From IMG/VR virus record IMGVR_UViG_3300031650_000001: a DNA stretch of 64,000 nt; one strand, written 5' to 3'. This DNA comes from an uncultured virus (IMG/VR IMGVR_UViG_3300031650_000001). Taxonomy: Duplodnaviria > Heunggongvirae > Uroviricota > Caudoviricetes. Shown here piece after piece: positions 8,848-18,453 of the stretch. Below the pieces are notes generated by a model that saw only the letters and a list, made by a program, of their open reading frames with translations, was not told where the DNA came from and ran no database searches. Numbering within the stretch: the first letter of the stretch is position 1; the number at the start of each line of letters is the position of its first letter. The position numbers and the translations under genes were made by a program.

Positions 8848-11031
8848 TCAAAGTGCTCCGCTTGGCTGCAGTCGCAACTTGACGTTGCCGCCTGCCTTCG
8901 GTTTCTTCGGGACGTCGACGCTGTCGGTGTCACCAGTGATCTTGATTTCGATCTGCTGCGGTGGCAGCGGTTCTGGAGCCCCGGCGCGGATACCGTAGCC
9001 GCTACCATGTTCACCGCGTGGGCCGCCTGCGATGACATTCCCAGCTTCATCGACTCGCGTCCCATAGTTCTGCCGCATGTCGTTGAGTTCACGCACCATG
9101 CCCTTGAACTTCGCCATGGGGTCGTTCAGTTCGGCGCTCAACTTGGCGGCCTCTTCTGTCATTGCGCGTATCTCATTCGCGTAGCGTTGCGCCGCATTAT
9201 TTCCGGTAAAAGCACCAACTACACTTTCCACGAAACCGACGCCTTCTTTGCGCCGTGCAGCGATTGCCTGCTCCACTTCTTTCAGTGCCGCTTTCTTTCG
9301 TTCAACGCTTTTCCCTTCCCCAGTCGCGGCCGCTGCCTTTGCCGCTACCCCGTAACTCTTCCCTTCCATGATGCCGCGCGCCTTGATTGCGGCATCGATC
9401 GCCTCTTTTCCGATTCTATACGCAATCGCGGCACCAGCAGCTATGCCGATCGCTTTCCCAGCCGTAGCCCATGCCGAACTTTTCGCTGCAACTGCTGCTG
9501 TTGATGCGCCCGCGGATGCGCCAACTTTGGCTCCGACTGCAGCCGCCTGTCCCGTCATGGTAGCGGTCGCCGCTGTCCCGATCCGCGCTCCAACCGCGGG
9601 GGCCTCGGCGGCCAGCGTTGCGGCTGTCGCTGCACCCATCTTGCCGCCCGTCACCACCGCTAAGCGATCGCCATACATCTTCCCTATCGCATTGCGCATC
9701 ACCATTGTGCCGACTTCGATCGCAGCGCGTCCTGCTACAATAGCGGCGGCGGCAGTCACGGGCGAGTCCTTGGCGAACTTGATGAACTTCCACGTGTAGC
9801 CGATGATCTTACCCATCGCGCTCACAATGGGTGGCAAGTTCTGTCGCAGATCACCAGCCCACTCGGCCACGTTCGTGGCGATGAGGTCCTCATTGGCTCC
9901 GAGCCATTCGGTTGTGCGTTGGACAACACCGCGCAGCGGGCCGCCTTCCATCTTGTATAGGCGCGTGGACACACCGTCGAGTGCTGACTTGAAGAGGGTA
10001 AAGTCGCCGCTCAGGTTGTCGAGCTTCAGGTCCGCCATCTTTTCGCTGGTACCCAGCGCTCCCTCCAGTGCCTCCGTCAGTTCCTTCAGCTTGCCCGTCT
10101 GCGCCATCTCCTGCAGGTTGAGAGCCGCCTTTTGACCGCGCATCCCGACCGCGTCGGCAATCATAGCGATCTGCTTCATGTTGCCGCCCGCAGCCTTCAC
10201 AGCGACTCCAACGTTCGCCATGATTTGGTCGAACGATAGTGCCTTGCCTCCCTCGTCTTGGAACGCAATTCCCAACTTCTTGAATGATGCAGCTGTCTTC
10301 GGCGGCAACTTCGACAGCGCCACCAGCATCCGGTTCAGCGACGAGCCAGCTTCGGACGCATCGAGGCCGACATCCTGCAGCAACGCGACAGCGGCGACGG
10401 TACTTTCAAGCGGGATATTCAACTGGCGCGCGGTCGCGGCCACGTTCTTCATCGACTCACCTAACGACCCAATCGTCGAGTTGGTTCGCGACGACGCCAA
10501 AGCGAGCACATCTGCGACACGGCCTGCCTCGGATGTTGCCAATCCCATACCCTTGAGGACGTTAGAAACGTGGCTAGACGTTTCCGCCAGCTCCATGCCG
10601 GATGCGGCAGCGGCATTGAGAACGCCCTCAATCCCGGAAAGGATGTCCTTCTCCTTGAAGCCGGCGCGGGCCATGAGTTCCATCCCACTGGCGACCTCGG
10701 TTGCCGTGAACTTTGTGGTCTTGCCGAGTTGCTGAGCACGCGCTTCCAGTTCGCGAATCTCGCTGGTGCTCTTGAGCATTACAGCGCCAACGCCACTCAT
10801 CGCCGTTTCGAAGCTGGCGCCGACCATGCCGGCCTTGAGCGCCAGTGCTCCCACGGCGACACTGGCGACCCCTACGGCCTGTGATGTCAAGCGGAACGCA
10901 CTCGTAACACTCTTCAGTCCGATCTGCATTCCGGTCGTAAAGCGCTTCTGACTTCGCTGCATGCGGTTGATCGGTCCCGTGAACCGATCGATCGCGCGAA
11001 AGACTGCGTCGATGCTGTACTTGGAAGCCAT
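8848..11031 (-). CDS. Tail tape measure protein (TP901-core type)
   Basis: 727 aa, Ala-rich; FETAMSGVGAV...LGKTTKFTATEVASGMELMARAGF...LDNLSGDFTLFKSA. Confidence 0.95.
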   Translation of the reverse strand: MASKYSIDAVFRAIDRFTGPINRMQRSQKRFTTGMQIGLKSVTSAFRLTSQAVGVASVAVGALALKAGMVGASFETAMSGVGAVMLKSTSEIRELEARAQQLGKTTKFTATEVASGMELMARAGFKEKDILSGIEGVLNAAAASGMELAETSSHVSNVLKGMGLATSEAGRVADVLALASSRTNSTIGSLGESMKNVAATARQLNIPLESTVAAVALLQDVGLDASEAGSSLNRMLVALSKLPPKTAASFKKLGIAFQDEGGKALSFDQIMANVGVAVKAAGGNMKQIAMIADAVGMRGQKAALNLQEMAQTGKLKELTEALEGALGTSEKMADLKLDNLSGDFTLFKSALDGVSTRLYKMEGGPLRGVVQRTTEWLGANEDLIATNVAEWAGDLRQNLPPIVSAMGKIIGYTWKFIKFAKDSPVTAAAAIVAGRAAIEVGTMVMRNAIGKMYGDRLAVVTGGKMGAATAATLAAEAPAVGARIGTAATATMTGQAAAVGAKVGASAGASTAAVAAKSSAWATAGKAIGIAAGAAIAYRIGKEAIDAAIKARGIMEGKSYGVAAKAAAATGEGKSVERKKAALKEVEQAIAARRKEGVGFVESVVGAFTGNNAAQRYANEIRAMTEEAAKLSAELNDPMAKFKGMVRELNDMRQNYGTRVDEAGNVIAGGPRGEHGSGYGIRAGAPEPLPPQQIEIKITGDTDSVDVPKKPKAGGNVKLRLQPSGAL

Positions 11032-11037
11032 GCAGAT

Positions 11038-11271
11038 TCACTTTGGGCGAGGCTTGGTCTCTTCGATCAGCACGCCGCGTATGAAGTCGTAGAGCCAGCA
11101 GATCTCGCCGATGCTCAGCGTACGCGGGTCCGGTAGCGTCTTGTAGTGATACATGCAGTGCTGCAGCATCTCGCCGTAGACGTTGAACACTGTGTGTCCG
11201 CCCTCGTCGTCGAACAGGCGCCGTTCCTCTCCGCCGCGGACAACGGAAGGTGACGCCTCTAGCCTAAAAGG
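11038..11271 (-). CDS. Tail assembly chaperone extension (gpGT-like), -1 frame
   Basis: Open -1 frame overlapping the end of the chaperone gene: ...VYGEMLQQCMYHYKTLPDPRTLSIGEICWLYDFIRGVLIEETKPRPK*, stopping 6 nt before the tape measure ATG. Confidence 0.6.
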   Translation of the reverse strand, partial: PFRLEASPSVVRGGEERRLFDDEGGHTVFNVYGEMLQHCMYHYKTLPDPRTLSIGEICWLYDFIRGVLIEETKPRPK

Positions 11272-11690
11272 ATCGCTACCAACGCGAGCGGCACTGTGAG
11301 ATCGCAGAGGTCCAATTGCTCCAGGTGCACCGACGTCTGCCCCGTGAGTTGGGAAAGCATCTTGAAAGTCTGCGCAATCCCGGCATCTTCCCCCAGGCCG
11401 TTGGCGGACATGAGGGTCGCACCGGTCGGCTTCTTGAAGCGCAACGGTCCGCTCGGAAATGGGCCTTCCGGTGTGTAGTAGGGTTGTCCCTTGTCGTCGA
11501 CGCGCAATGACCCATCGCGCAAGGCGTCCATCACCTTGCCTTTGTTGCTTTCGAAGTCTGCGCGCCTCTCGTCGCTCATCCGATCCGTATTGGCCTTGGC
11601 ACGTAGCGCAGCCATGAACCGATTGAACTCGGCCTCGGCGACGTCATCGCCAACAACCTGATCCGCCGTGGTGGGTGAGTCGTCACTCAT
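11259..11690 (-). CDS. Tail assembly chaperone (gpG-like)
   Basis: Between the tube and tape measure genes; GAGGAGG RBS before MSDDSPTT. Confidence 0.75.
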   Translation of the reverse strand: MSDDSPTTADQVVGDDVAEAEFNRFMAALRAKANTDRMSDERRADFESNKGKVMDALRDGSLRVDDKGQPYYTPEGPFPSGPLRFKKPTGATLMSANGLGEDAGIAQTFKMLSQLTGQTSVHLEQLDLCDLTVPLALVAILLG

Positions 11691-11700
11691 TGGATCCTCC

Positions 11701-12081
11701 TCAGCTGTGCTTGAGCAGATTGCCGGGACCGCCAAACGACAGCGGCGCGGTGATGTTCATCGTGGACATCTTGAAATCGCCCTTGGGGATTCCGGTACCC
11801 GAGTAGGTGACGTTGCCAGCTTGCACGAATGCGATCGGCACATCGACGCCATCATCGATCACGGCTTGCAGGAACTCCTGATCGCCCTGCGCGTCGTTGA
11901 TCGCCAACGCGAGACCGTCGACTTCCCAACCCTTGCGCGTGAGAATGTTTCGGCTCGAACCGTCACCGTTCATCTGGACGTCCGCGCTCATTCCGCCGAG
12001 GTCCCGGTTTCCGTCTGAGTCAGCAGCTACCGCAAAGGCACGATCAGCGACGTGCACTTGGCGCATACTTCCACCTGCCAT
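11701..12081 (-). CDS. Tail tube protein
   Basis: 126 aa directly after the sheath gene; predicted beta-rich; size typical of Mu-like tubes. Confidence 0.8.
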   Translation of the reverse strand: MAGGSMRQVHVADRAFAVAADSDGNRDLGGMSADVQMNGDGSSRNILTRKGWEVDGLALAINDAQGDQEFLQAVIDDGVDVPIAFVQAGNVTYSGTGIPKGDFKMSTMNITAPLSFGGPGNLLKHS

Positions 12082-12194
12082 GATACTTCCCTTTCGTGCG
12101 GAGAGCAGGGCAGGGCCGCCGGGCTTCAGCGCATCAGCGCTACCCGTGACCCCACCGCGTACTCAGCCGCCTGAGTTGTCTTCGAAGATTGCGG

Positions 12195-13961
12195 TTACTG
12201 GCTCACGTAGAAGCCGAATTGGAGGGTGATATCCTTGACCGCCGTTGCACCGGAGACCAATGCGGGAACGGTCAGATTCCAGCGATCGGGATTCGTCGAA
12301 TCGATCGCGCCCGAAATGTTCGCCTTGATCGTCTCCGGGTCGGACAGCATGGCATCGAGTGCGCAGGCATCGACGATCGCGCGTGCCTTCGTGACCACCA
12401 TCTCCGGCGTCTTCGCGTTCGGGTTCCGCGTACGCTGACCGCTCGGGATCAATGGCGCTTCCTCCCACTCCGCGGTGTCGAACGCCTCCACGAAGCGGTA
12501 GATCAGGTTCTGCAACTTCGTGATCGTGCGAACGTAGCGGTAGGCTGGGTTTGTCTGCCCCTCGGGGCGGTAGAACGTCACCGTATCCTTGAGCTTGACC
12601 ACTCCGTCCCTGACCACGATCGTGGACGAACCCAACTTCAGCGCGACGCCGCGCTGTGTACCGGTCCACTGCTCGGCGTCGGTGCCAGTATTCAGACCGA
12701 GACAAGCGCGCCCACCGGGGCCCGATGCGGGATCCTCGGCGGCCTGCTTGATGATCTCCACCACCTCGCGCGCTGCTACGCGGAACGGCAGGTCACAAGA
12801 GCCAGGGTTCGGACACTGCGCGTTGACACGGTCCGAACGGTAGCCATCACACACCGCAGTGGCCAGCGCGACGGTCGCGTGGGTGTTGCCGGTAAAGCAC
12901 ATCGCGGGCTTGTAGACCTCAGTATCCCAGCGCCCCTCACCCCATTCGGCGATTGCCTCCAGAGCGGTGGTGTCCTCGATTTCAAGCGCGTTGATCAGCA
13001 TGGTGGTCCACGTGTTGCCGACCTGAGCCAACGCGGCATCGACGGTCGGATTCGTGGCGCCGCCCGTGGGCTGCGTGATCGTGAAGGTCAACTCTTCGAG
13101 CGTGTCGATGATTGACAACTCGCAGTAGTTTCCGGAGGCCCCCTTCCACTTCATGGTGCCCGTCACGGTCAGCGCTGGAACGGTGATCGTGAAGGTGTCG
13201 CCAACCACAAAGTCATCACCGGCAGTCGTCAAAGTGAAAGCGAGACCGCTCTCATCAACCGCCGTTCCTGGGTCTTCGTCGGAGGTTATGGCAGACGAAA
13301 TCACGGTGCCTTCCGGATCCGTCAACTCGAACGTCCCGGCACCCTCTTCGGCCGAAGTGCAAACCAGCGTCCAGTCACCGGGGAGACACGGGGTCGTCGC
13401 GGTCATTGAATCCACGGTGCCGCCGCCAGTGCTGCCAGTGTGGTCCTCGGTCACGGTGTCGTAAGTGAACCCCATGGTCAGAGGGAAGTGAGTCACCGCG
13501 ACGCACGCAAGGTACATTGCGCGCGATGCCTCGGTCAGGACCGCCGCCGTTGCAAGCGCACCGGCTACGATCGTGAACGGGTCCGAAAGCACTCCGCCGG
13601 CGTCCACGTAGTAGGTGCTCGCCTTGGTCGACGTTCCGCTTGGAGTGATGTCGCCGGCCGCAGCAGTGGTGCCGTCGGCGAGCGGGAAGAACTCTACTGG
13701 AATCGACCCGATCCCGGGACGGCCGTCCTCGGGCCAGAGTTCCAGCGCGATCAGATGCGCGGGAGAGCCGAAGCCGAGGGCAACGCCGACGTCATAGGCG
13801 GTCGAATACGCCGTCTTGGTCGTACCGTATCCAGCCGCGGCAGTCGTGCCTTGCGCGATGACTCCGAGCCGCTGCTCAAGGAACGAAGAGGTCCCCAGGA
13901 GGTTCTTGTATTCGGTGGTGATGCCGAGGCCGCTGGCGCGTCTGCTAGCTACTAGTCCCAT
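12195..13961 (-). CDS. Contractile tail sheath protein
   Basis: 588 aa; GFGSPAHLIA near the N-terminus; C-terminal YRYVRTITKLQN...IDSTNPDRWNLTVP; contains a beta-rich insertion. Confidence 0.9.
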   Translation of the reverse strand: MGLVASRRASGLGITTEYKNLLGTSSFLEQRLGVIAQGTTAAAGYGTTKTAYSTAYDVGVALGFGSPAHLIALELWPEDGRPGIGSIPVEFFPLADGTTAAAGDITPSGTSTKASTYYVDAGGVLSDPFTIVAGALATAAVLTEASRAMYLACVAVTHFPLTMGFTYDTVTEDHTGSTGGGTVDSMTATTPCLPGDWTLVCTSAEEGAGTFELTDPEGTVISSAITSDEDPGTAVDESGLAFTLTTAGDDFVVGDTFTITVPALTVTGTMKWKGASGNYCELSIIDTLEELTFTITQPTGGATNPTVDAALAQVGNTWTTMLINALEIEDTTALEAIAEWGEGRWDTEVYKPAMCFTGNTHATVALATAVCDGYRSDRVNAQCPNPGSCDLPFRVAAREVVEIIKQAAEDPASGPGGRACLGLNTGTDAEQWTGTQRGVALKLGSSTIVVRDGVVKLKDTVTFYRPEGQTNPAYRYVRTITKLQNLIYRFVEAFDTAEWEEAPLIPSGQRTRNPNAKTPEMVVTKARAIVDACALDAMLSDPETIKANISGAIDSTNPDRWNLTVPALVSGATAVKDITLQFGFYVSQ

Positions 13962-14052
13962 GATTCAGGTCCTTCTGGGGGCACAGCCCCGCCTGTGGCG
14001 AGCGCGGGCCCGCCGTGCCGTGCCGCTGCGAGCGGCTCTCGTTGGGGGCGCC

Positions 14053-15057
14053 TCAGTCGGTGAGGTCGCCGGTGATCGTGAGGTAGGTCTCTCCGGTCTC
14101 TTGGTCCGTGACCGTGATGAAGAAGCTCGTCGCCGGTGTGCCTTCGATCTGCGCGACGGTTTCCCTCAAGTCGACGGCTAGAGTCAGCGTCATGACTGCG
14201 ACGTTCGGCAGTGGTTGCTTGTCGCCGCCCGTTGGCCGCCCGAACTCGCGCGACTTGATCATGCGGTCCGCGACGTCGTCGTTGTCCTCGCGTCCCAGGT
14301 GGTCGTACTCGGCCGCCATCAGGATGTTGCGTACCAGGGTCGCGGCTCTGAATGCTTCTTGGCTCGCCTTGAGATCGCCCGGAGTGTGGCCGTCGGAGGT
14401 CTCCGTGGCGATACCGTATCCGCAGCAGTGCAACACGAATTCGGCGTCGTATTGCTGCGCTTCGAAGACGTTGGACTTCGCCATCTCGACGCTGTCACGC
14501 GAAAACTCGATCGCAATGATCGGCACCGCGGCGGCGGCATCCTGCGGTGGACTCGTCAGCCATTCCTCGAACGGGTACGAGCGATGCTGGAAGATCCGAA
14601 GCTTCCACTGTAGCGGGTCGTCGGCGCCGGCCACCGATGCTGTGATGACGTCACCGGTATCCCATGCCGCGTCACCCGCCGTGGTCGTGAATTCGATCCC
14701 CAGGGTCGTGAACGTCAGGTCGACGTGCGCCGCCGCTGTCGTGCACGTGTCCTCGGTGGCGTCGGGGGCAACACACGTCCACTCTCCGACGCCAGCGACG
14801 AGCGTGCCCGCTGTGACCACGTAGTCGCCGACCTGAAGAGTCTTGGCGCTGACAGCGGTTCCCGGGCCCTCACTGACCAGAGTTGCGGCGCCCGTCACCG
14901 TGTAGTCGGAGTCGTCGGCGCGGCTGTAGGTAATCGTCACCGGCTGCGCCAAGATCTGCTGTTGCAACGACTCTTCAAGCAGGATTGTCGCAATCGCATC
15001 GCGCACGATTTCGAGCGTGTCCCGCTTGTCGATCAGGGCTGCGATGCGCGCGGTCAC
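14053..15057 (-). CDS. Tail terminator/neck protein with inserted beta-domain
   Basis: Immediately upstream of the sheath gene; LIDKRDTLEIVRDAIATIL N-terminus; insertion shared with the sheath and decoration proteins. Confidence 0.6.
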   Translation of the reverse strand: MTARIAALIDKRDTLEIVRDAIATILLEESLQQQILAQPVTITYSRADDSDYTVTGAATLVSEGPGTAVSAKTLQVGDYVVTAGTLVAGVGEWTCVAPDATEDTCTTAAAHVDLTFTTLGIEFTTTAGDAAWDTGDVITASVAGADDPLQWKLRIFQHRSYPFEEWLTSPPQDAAAAVPIIAIEFSRDSVEMAKSNVFEAQQYDAEFVLHCCGYGIATETSDGHTPGDLKASQEAFRAATLVRNILMAAEYDHLGREDNDDVADRMIKSREFGRPTGGDKQPLPNVAVMTLTLAVDLRETVAQIEGTPATSFFITVTDQETGETYLTITGDLTD

Positions 15058-15437
15058 AGTTCCTCGTACGGCTCACAGAAACACTTCACAACCGGCAGCC
15101 CCTGGTCAGGCTCGGTCCGGTTGATCTTGTAGACGTGGTTCACGCCCTTCGAATCCGCGAACTCGACGATCCACGGTTTCGACGTTGACTCGGGCACGTT
15201 CACTGGCACCCCGAGCCCGGCAGCAGTGAGTGCGGCAATGGGCAGGACGACCGTCACGGTACGCCCTGACACCATGATCCCGTCGCCGTCGAGTTCCTGA
15301 CCGATGTCCTGGTGCAGTCCGACGAGATCAGCGGTGACGCCGTCCGGATCGGTGACAGTGATCTCCCAGCCGGGGCCGGTGTCACTGTCACCGATGATCG
15401 AGGCGATGTCCGCCGCCGCGAGTTCGTAGATGCCCAT
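15054..15437 (-). CDS. Head closure/head-tail joining protein (gpFII-like)
   Basis: 127 aa, beta-rich; canonical position between capsid and terminator genes. Confidence 0.6.
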   Translation of the reverse strand: MGIYELAAADIASIIGDSDTGPGWEITVTDPDGVTADLVGLHQDIGQELDGDGIMVSGRTVTVVLPIAALTAAGLGVPVNVPESTSKPWIVEFADSKGVNHVYKINRTEPDQGLPVVKCFCEPYEEL

Positions 15438-15440
15438 GGA

Positions 15441-16019
15441 TCAGCGCTCTTCTGGGATCTGGTTTCGCTTCGCGGCGCCTTCGCGAAGGAAGACTTCGAG
15501 CCGCGCCATTCCGCCGACGTATTCGGGCTCTACACGTGCCCCCGGTTCCAGGGTTCCGCGTGTTGTGTTTTCGAGTCTTCGACCTTCGGCTACTTCGAAA
15601 CGCTTCGCTCGTGGGCCGCACAGTACCGACCCGGCCTTAACCAAATCGTCCAGCGCATCGATTCCGCCGACCCATTCGCGCTTGACCTGGCAGCCTGACC
15701 TTAGCAATCCATATCTGCATTGGAGTTGCCTGCCTGGAGCCACTTCGAAGGCGTAGCGCATACCGCGCCCGTCTTGCGGATCCGCGGCACGGACCAATCG
15801 CTCGACGAACGCCGCATGGTGCTCCTCGATGATCGCCTCCTGACGCAGCACCGCATCTCGTTCGACCTTGCGCGTTTCGAGTTCTTCGACACGCTCCGCC
15901 AACTTGGCATTGCTAAGGCGCGTGGGTACTGGATCCTCACCGAGTTCTTCTACCAGTGCGGCCGCGCGTTGTTCGAGTTCGCTGCGTTCAGACATGGGTG
16001 CCCTTTCGCCCGGGGACAC
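15441..16019 (-). CDS. Capsid-adjacent protein (gpFI position) with tandem C-terminal repeat
   Basis: Directly after the capsid gene; two ~45-aa repeats starting FEVAPGR / FEVAEGR; start could be ATG 15995. Confidence 0.55.
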   Translation of the reverse strand: MSPGERAPMSERSELEQRAAALVEELGEDPVPTRLSNAKLAERVEELETRKVERDAVLRQEAIIEEHHAAFVERLVRAADPQDGRGMRYAFEVAPGRQLQCRYGLLRSGCQVKREWVGGIDALDDLVKAGSVLCGPRAKRFEVAEGRRLENTTRGTLEPGARVEPEYVGGMARLEVFLREGAAKRNQIPEER

Positions 16020-16052
16020 GTTGCCCCCGGGCTAGAGAAGTGCAGTGTCGGA

Positions 16053-17171
16053 TCAGGCTCCGACGTAGAGAGACGCGAACGAGTCGATCGCCTTCGGCAA
16101 CGGCAGGACGCGCGTCCCGACATTGATCACCAACGTCTTCGCATCCTTGGTGAAGTAGGCATACATCGACATCCCGAACCCACCCTGCGCGAAGTTCATC
16201 TGACGCGGGAGGTACGGCAGCGCATTCGTGTCGACGGCCTGTTCGAAGTAGTCGATCGCTCCGAAGGTCATCTGCAGACCGCCGGGGGCGTCAGCCATGA
16301 GCACAACCGTGGTGCTCCCCAGGTACGGGGTGATCGTCCCACCGTAGGGCGCCTTGTAGGTTCCGTTGTAGGTGAAGAACTCGAAGGCGTTCTCGCCGAC
16401 CATGAAGGTGCCCAGCCGAGTTGCGCCTTCTGGGGCCGGCGTCGGGTTGATGTCCACGAGATTCACGCGACGGAAGTTCGCGTGCGCCTGCACCGTGGTA
16501 TTCGCCATGAACCGCTGCCACGCAGACGCCCCGAAGATCGCCCGCTTGGGATTGTACCCACGAGCACGCATGTTGTCGGACAGTGTCTGAATGTTGTCAA
16601 TCGGGTCTCCACTGCCCCCGCCAACGGCCCACTCGGTCGTACCTGATGTGACGATGAGATCACCGCTGGCCAGGGTGCCTGACGCATCGAGCGGATAGAA
16701 GTTGTACGGTCCCGCGACAGTGGCATTGGCGTCATCAACACAGGTGATGGTGCCGGCGGTGAGGATCTGAGCACACATCTGTTCGATGCCGTCACGGATC
16801 ATGCTTTCGATCTTGCGTGCATGACGAAATGCGAGATTCGTCAGAATCTTGCCAGCGATCGGATCCTCGTAGGGGTTGCGACCAGCCGTGCGCTTGCGCA
16901 CTTCCGATGCCGCAATGCGGGCCTCGTAGTTGAACACCACGGGCGTCAACTCGTAGTTGACCCACTTCTTTTCCTCGACGAGCCGAGGTCCTGAAGTTGC
17001 ATCGGGCACCGGGACGGCGATGTCCTGGCCCTGCCGCACGACGTCGTATTCAACCTTGTCGGCGTTGTGAAAGCTGTCTGGTGTCGTCGCGAAGTGGCTG
17101 GAGAAGTAGCGGGGGCGATCCAGCGTTTGCTCGTAGACGCTCACCATCTTGGTGGTAGATTCGTCGGACAT
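16053..17171 (-). CDS. Major capsid protein, lambda gpE family
   Basis: 372 aa; FHNADKVEYDVVR, IEQMCAQILTAGTI, GDPIDNIQ; ends LPLPKAIDSFASL. Confidence 0.9.
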   Translation of the reverse strand: MSDESTTKMVSVYEQTLDRPRYFSSHFATTPDSFHNADKVEYDVVRQGQDIAVPVPDATSGPRLVEEKKWVNYELTPVVFNYEARIAASEVRKRTAGRNPYEDPIAGKILTNLAFRHARKIESMIRDGIEQMCAQILTAGTITCVDDANATVAGPYNFYPLDASGTLASGDLIVTSGTTEWAVGGGSGDPIDNIQTLSDNMRARGYNPKRAIFGASAWQRFMANTTVQAHANFRRVNLVDINPTPAPEGATRLGTFMVGENAFEFFTYNGTYKAPYGGTITPYLGSTTVVLMADAPGGLQMTFGAIDYFEQAVDTNALPYLPRQMNFAQGGFGMSMYAYFTKDAKTLVINVGTRVLPLPKAIDSFASLYVGA

Positions 17172-17347
17172 TGTACTTTCCTTCTGTGCGTTGATCTGGA
17201 CGCACCTCCGCGGCCCCGCGCGGAAACCGCGGGTGAAGGGCGCCCCGAATTGGTTCGTGCTTGCGGGCCTACTCAGCCCATTAGGGGCGCGACGTCACTC
17301 CGTTACCGAGAACGCCGCGCCTAGGTGGTTGATGGCTGCGGTTCGGC

Positions 17348-18037
17348 TCAGGCGTAGTTGTTCAGGAACGACAGGTCGTCCTGATCAACGGCGAAGATGC
17401 CCACCTGCTTGAGCAGTTGGACGTGGACGTCGGTCACGGTCGTGGTGTCGTCGATGACCAACCTATTCTTGTTCACGCGGCCACCGGTGATGATGTTCGC
17501 CGCAAGGTCGGTACCGGCGACGGTCACGGCGTATTGGAGCACGCCGATCGGGGTCTGGGCTCCGCCGGTTCCGTCGGGATCGTAGATCACGACGTCGCCG
17601 TCAGCGGCCACGGTGGCCGTGATGACGTCGCTGGTGTCGAAGTCGGTACCACCGCCAGGATCGCTGACGGTGAGAATCAACCCCATTCCGGAGAAGATGA
17701 TGTTGTCAGTAGCTGCGAGGGTTGTGAACGTCTCGGTGTTGCCGTCCGGGTCCGCACAGGTCCAGACGCCCGCACCGGTGCTCATGGTGCCCGCGGTACA
17801 AATGTATGCGCCGGCCTTCAACGTCTTCCGCTTCTGCGAACTGGCGACCGCAGTGAAGGTGGACGACCCGGCGCGGGTGTAAGCGACGGCGATCGTGTCG
17901 CTCACGTCCTTGCGAGCCATGATGGTCCCGGCCGCGTATTCGTCGGAGCCGGGCGATTGAAGGGTCACGTTCTGAAAGACATTGTCGCCCAGAGCCAATT
18001 CCCCAAGGTCATTCGCGGTTGCAGTGATGAGTGTCAT
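17348..18037 (-). CDS. Head decoration protein (gpD-like) with inserted beta-domain
   Basis: Between the protease and capsid genes; YAAGTIMAR...YDPDGTGGAQTPIGVL...LKQVGIF. Confidence 0.8.
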   Translation of the reverse strand: MTLITATANDLGELALGDNVFQNVTLQSPGSDEYAAGTIMARKDVSDTIAVAYTRAGSSTFTAVASSQKRKTLKAGAYICTAGTMSTGAGVWTCADPDGNTETFTTLAATDNIIFSGMGLILTVSDPGGGTDFDTSDVITATVAADGDVVIYDPDGTGGAQTPIGVLQYAVTVAGTDLAANIITGGRVNKNRLVIDDTTTVTDVHVQLLKQVGIFAVDQDDLSFLNNYA

Positions 18038-18069
18038 TGTTCTGCTTTCCTTCCGTCAGTTGCAGCCGT

Positions 18070-18453
18070 TCAGCCTGCGAGCCCCGAATCCTTGTAGAGC
18101 AGGTCAGCCACCTTGTCGGCCATATCCTGCGCCTTGGGCGTCGTTGCGGCCCCGTCGACTGCGGCGCCGGCATCGTCACTTTCGCGCTGACGTGCGGCCT
18201 GGTCGTCCTTGTTCTGCTTCGCGGTGTCGTACTTCGCGCGCAGCGTCTCGGTCATCTCGGCGCCCACTTCGACGGACTCGATCGCGAGATCCATTGCGCC
18301 CGATGCCTTGCCACGGATGAGGTGGGCAGTGACGCGGTCGCGTTCCTTGTCGGCGCCTTCCTTGAGCCCAGCGGTGTGGCCCTCTTCGCGGCCCAACTTG
18401 ACGGCCGCCGCGTAGGTGTCGGGGTGTTCGGACTTCAGGGTTTGGAGATCCAT
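18070..18453 (-). CDS. Nested scaffolding protein (Nu3-like internal start)
   Basis: In-frame ATG (MDLQTLKSEHP) preceded by AAAGGGAAG, after an Ala/Thr/Pro linker. Confidence 0.6.
   Translation of the reverse strand: MDLQTLKSEHPDTYAAAVKLGREEGHTAGLKEGADKERDRVTAHLIRGKASGAMDLAIESVEVGAEMTETLRAKYDTAKQNKDDQAARQRESDDAGAAVDGAATTPKAQDMADKVADLLYKDSGLAG

Noticed and set aside
731..13961. Interpreting the tail cluster as a tailocin/eCIS or a transposable Mu-like phage
   Set aside because: A complete head, terminase and cos-like module is present, and no MuA/MuB-like genes were seen
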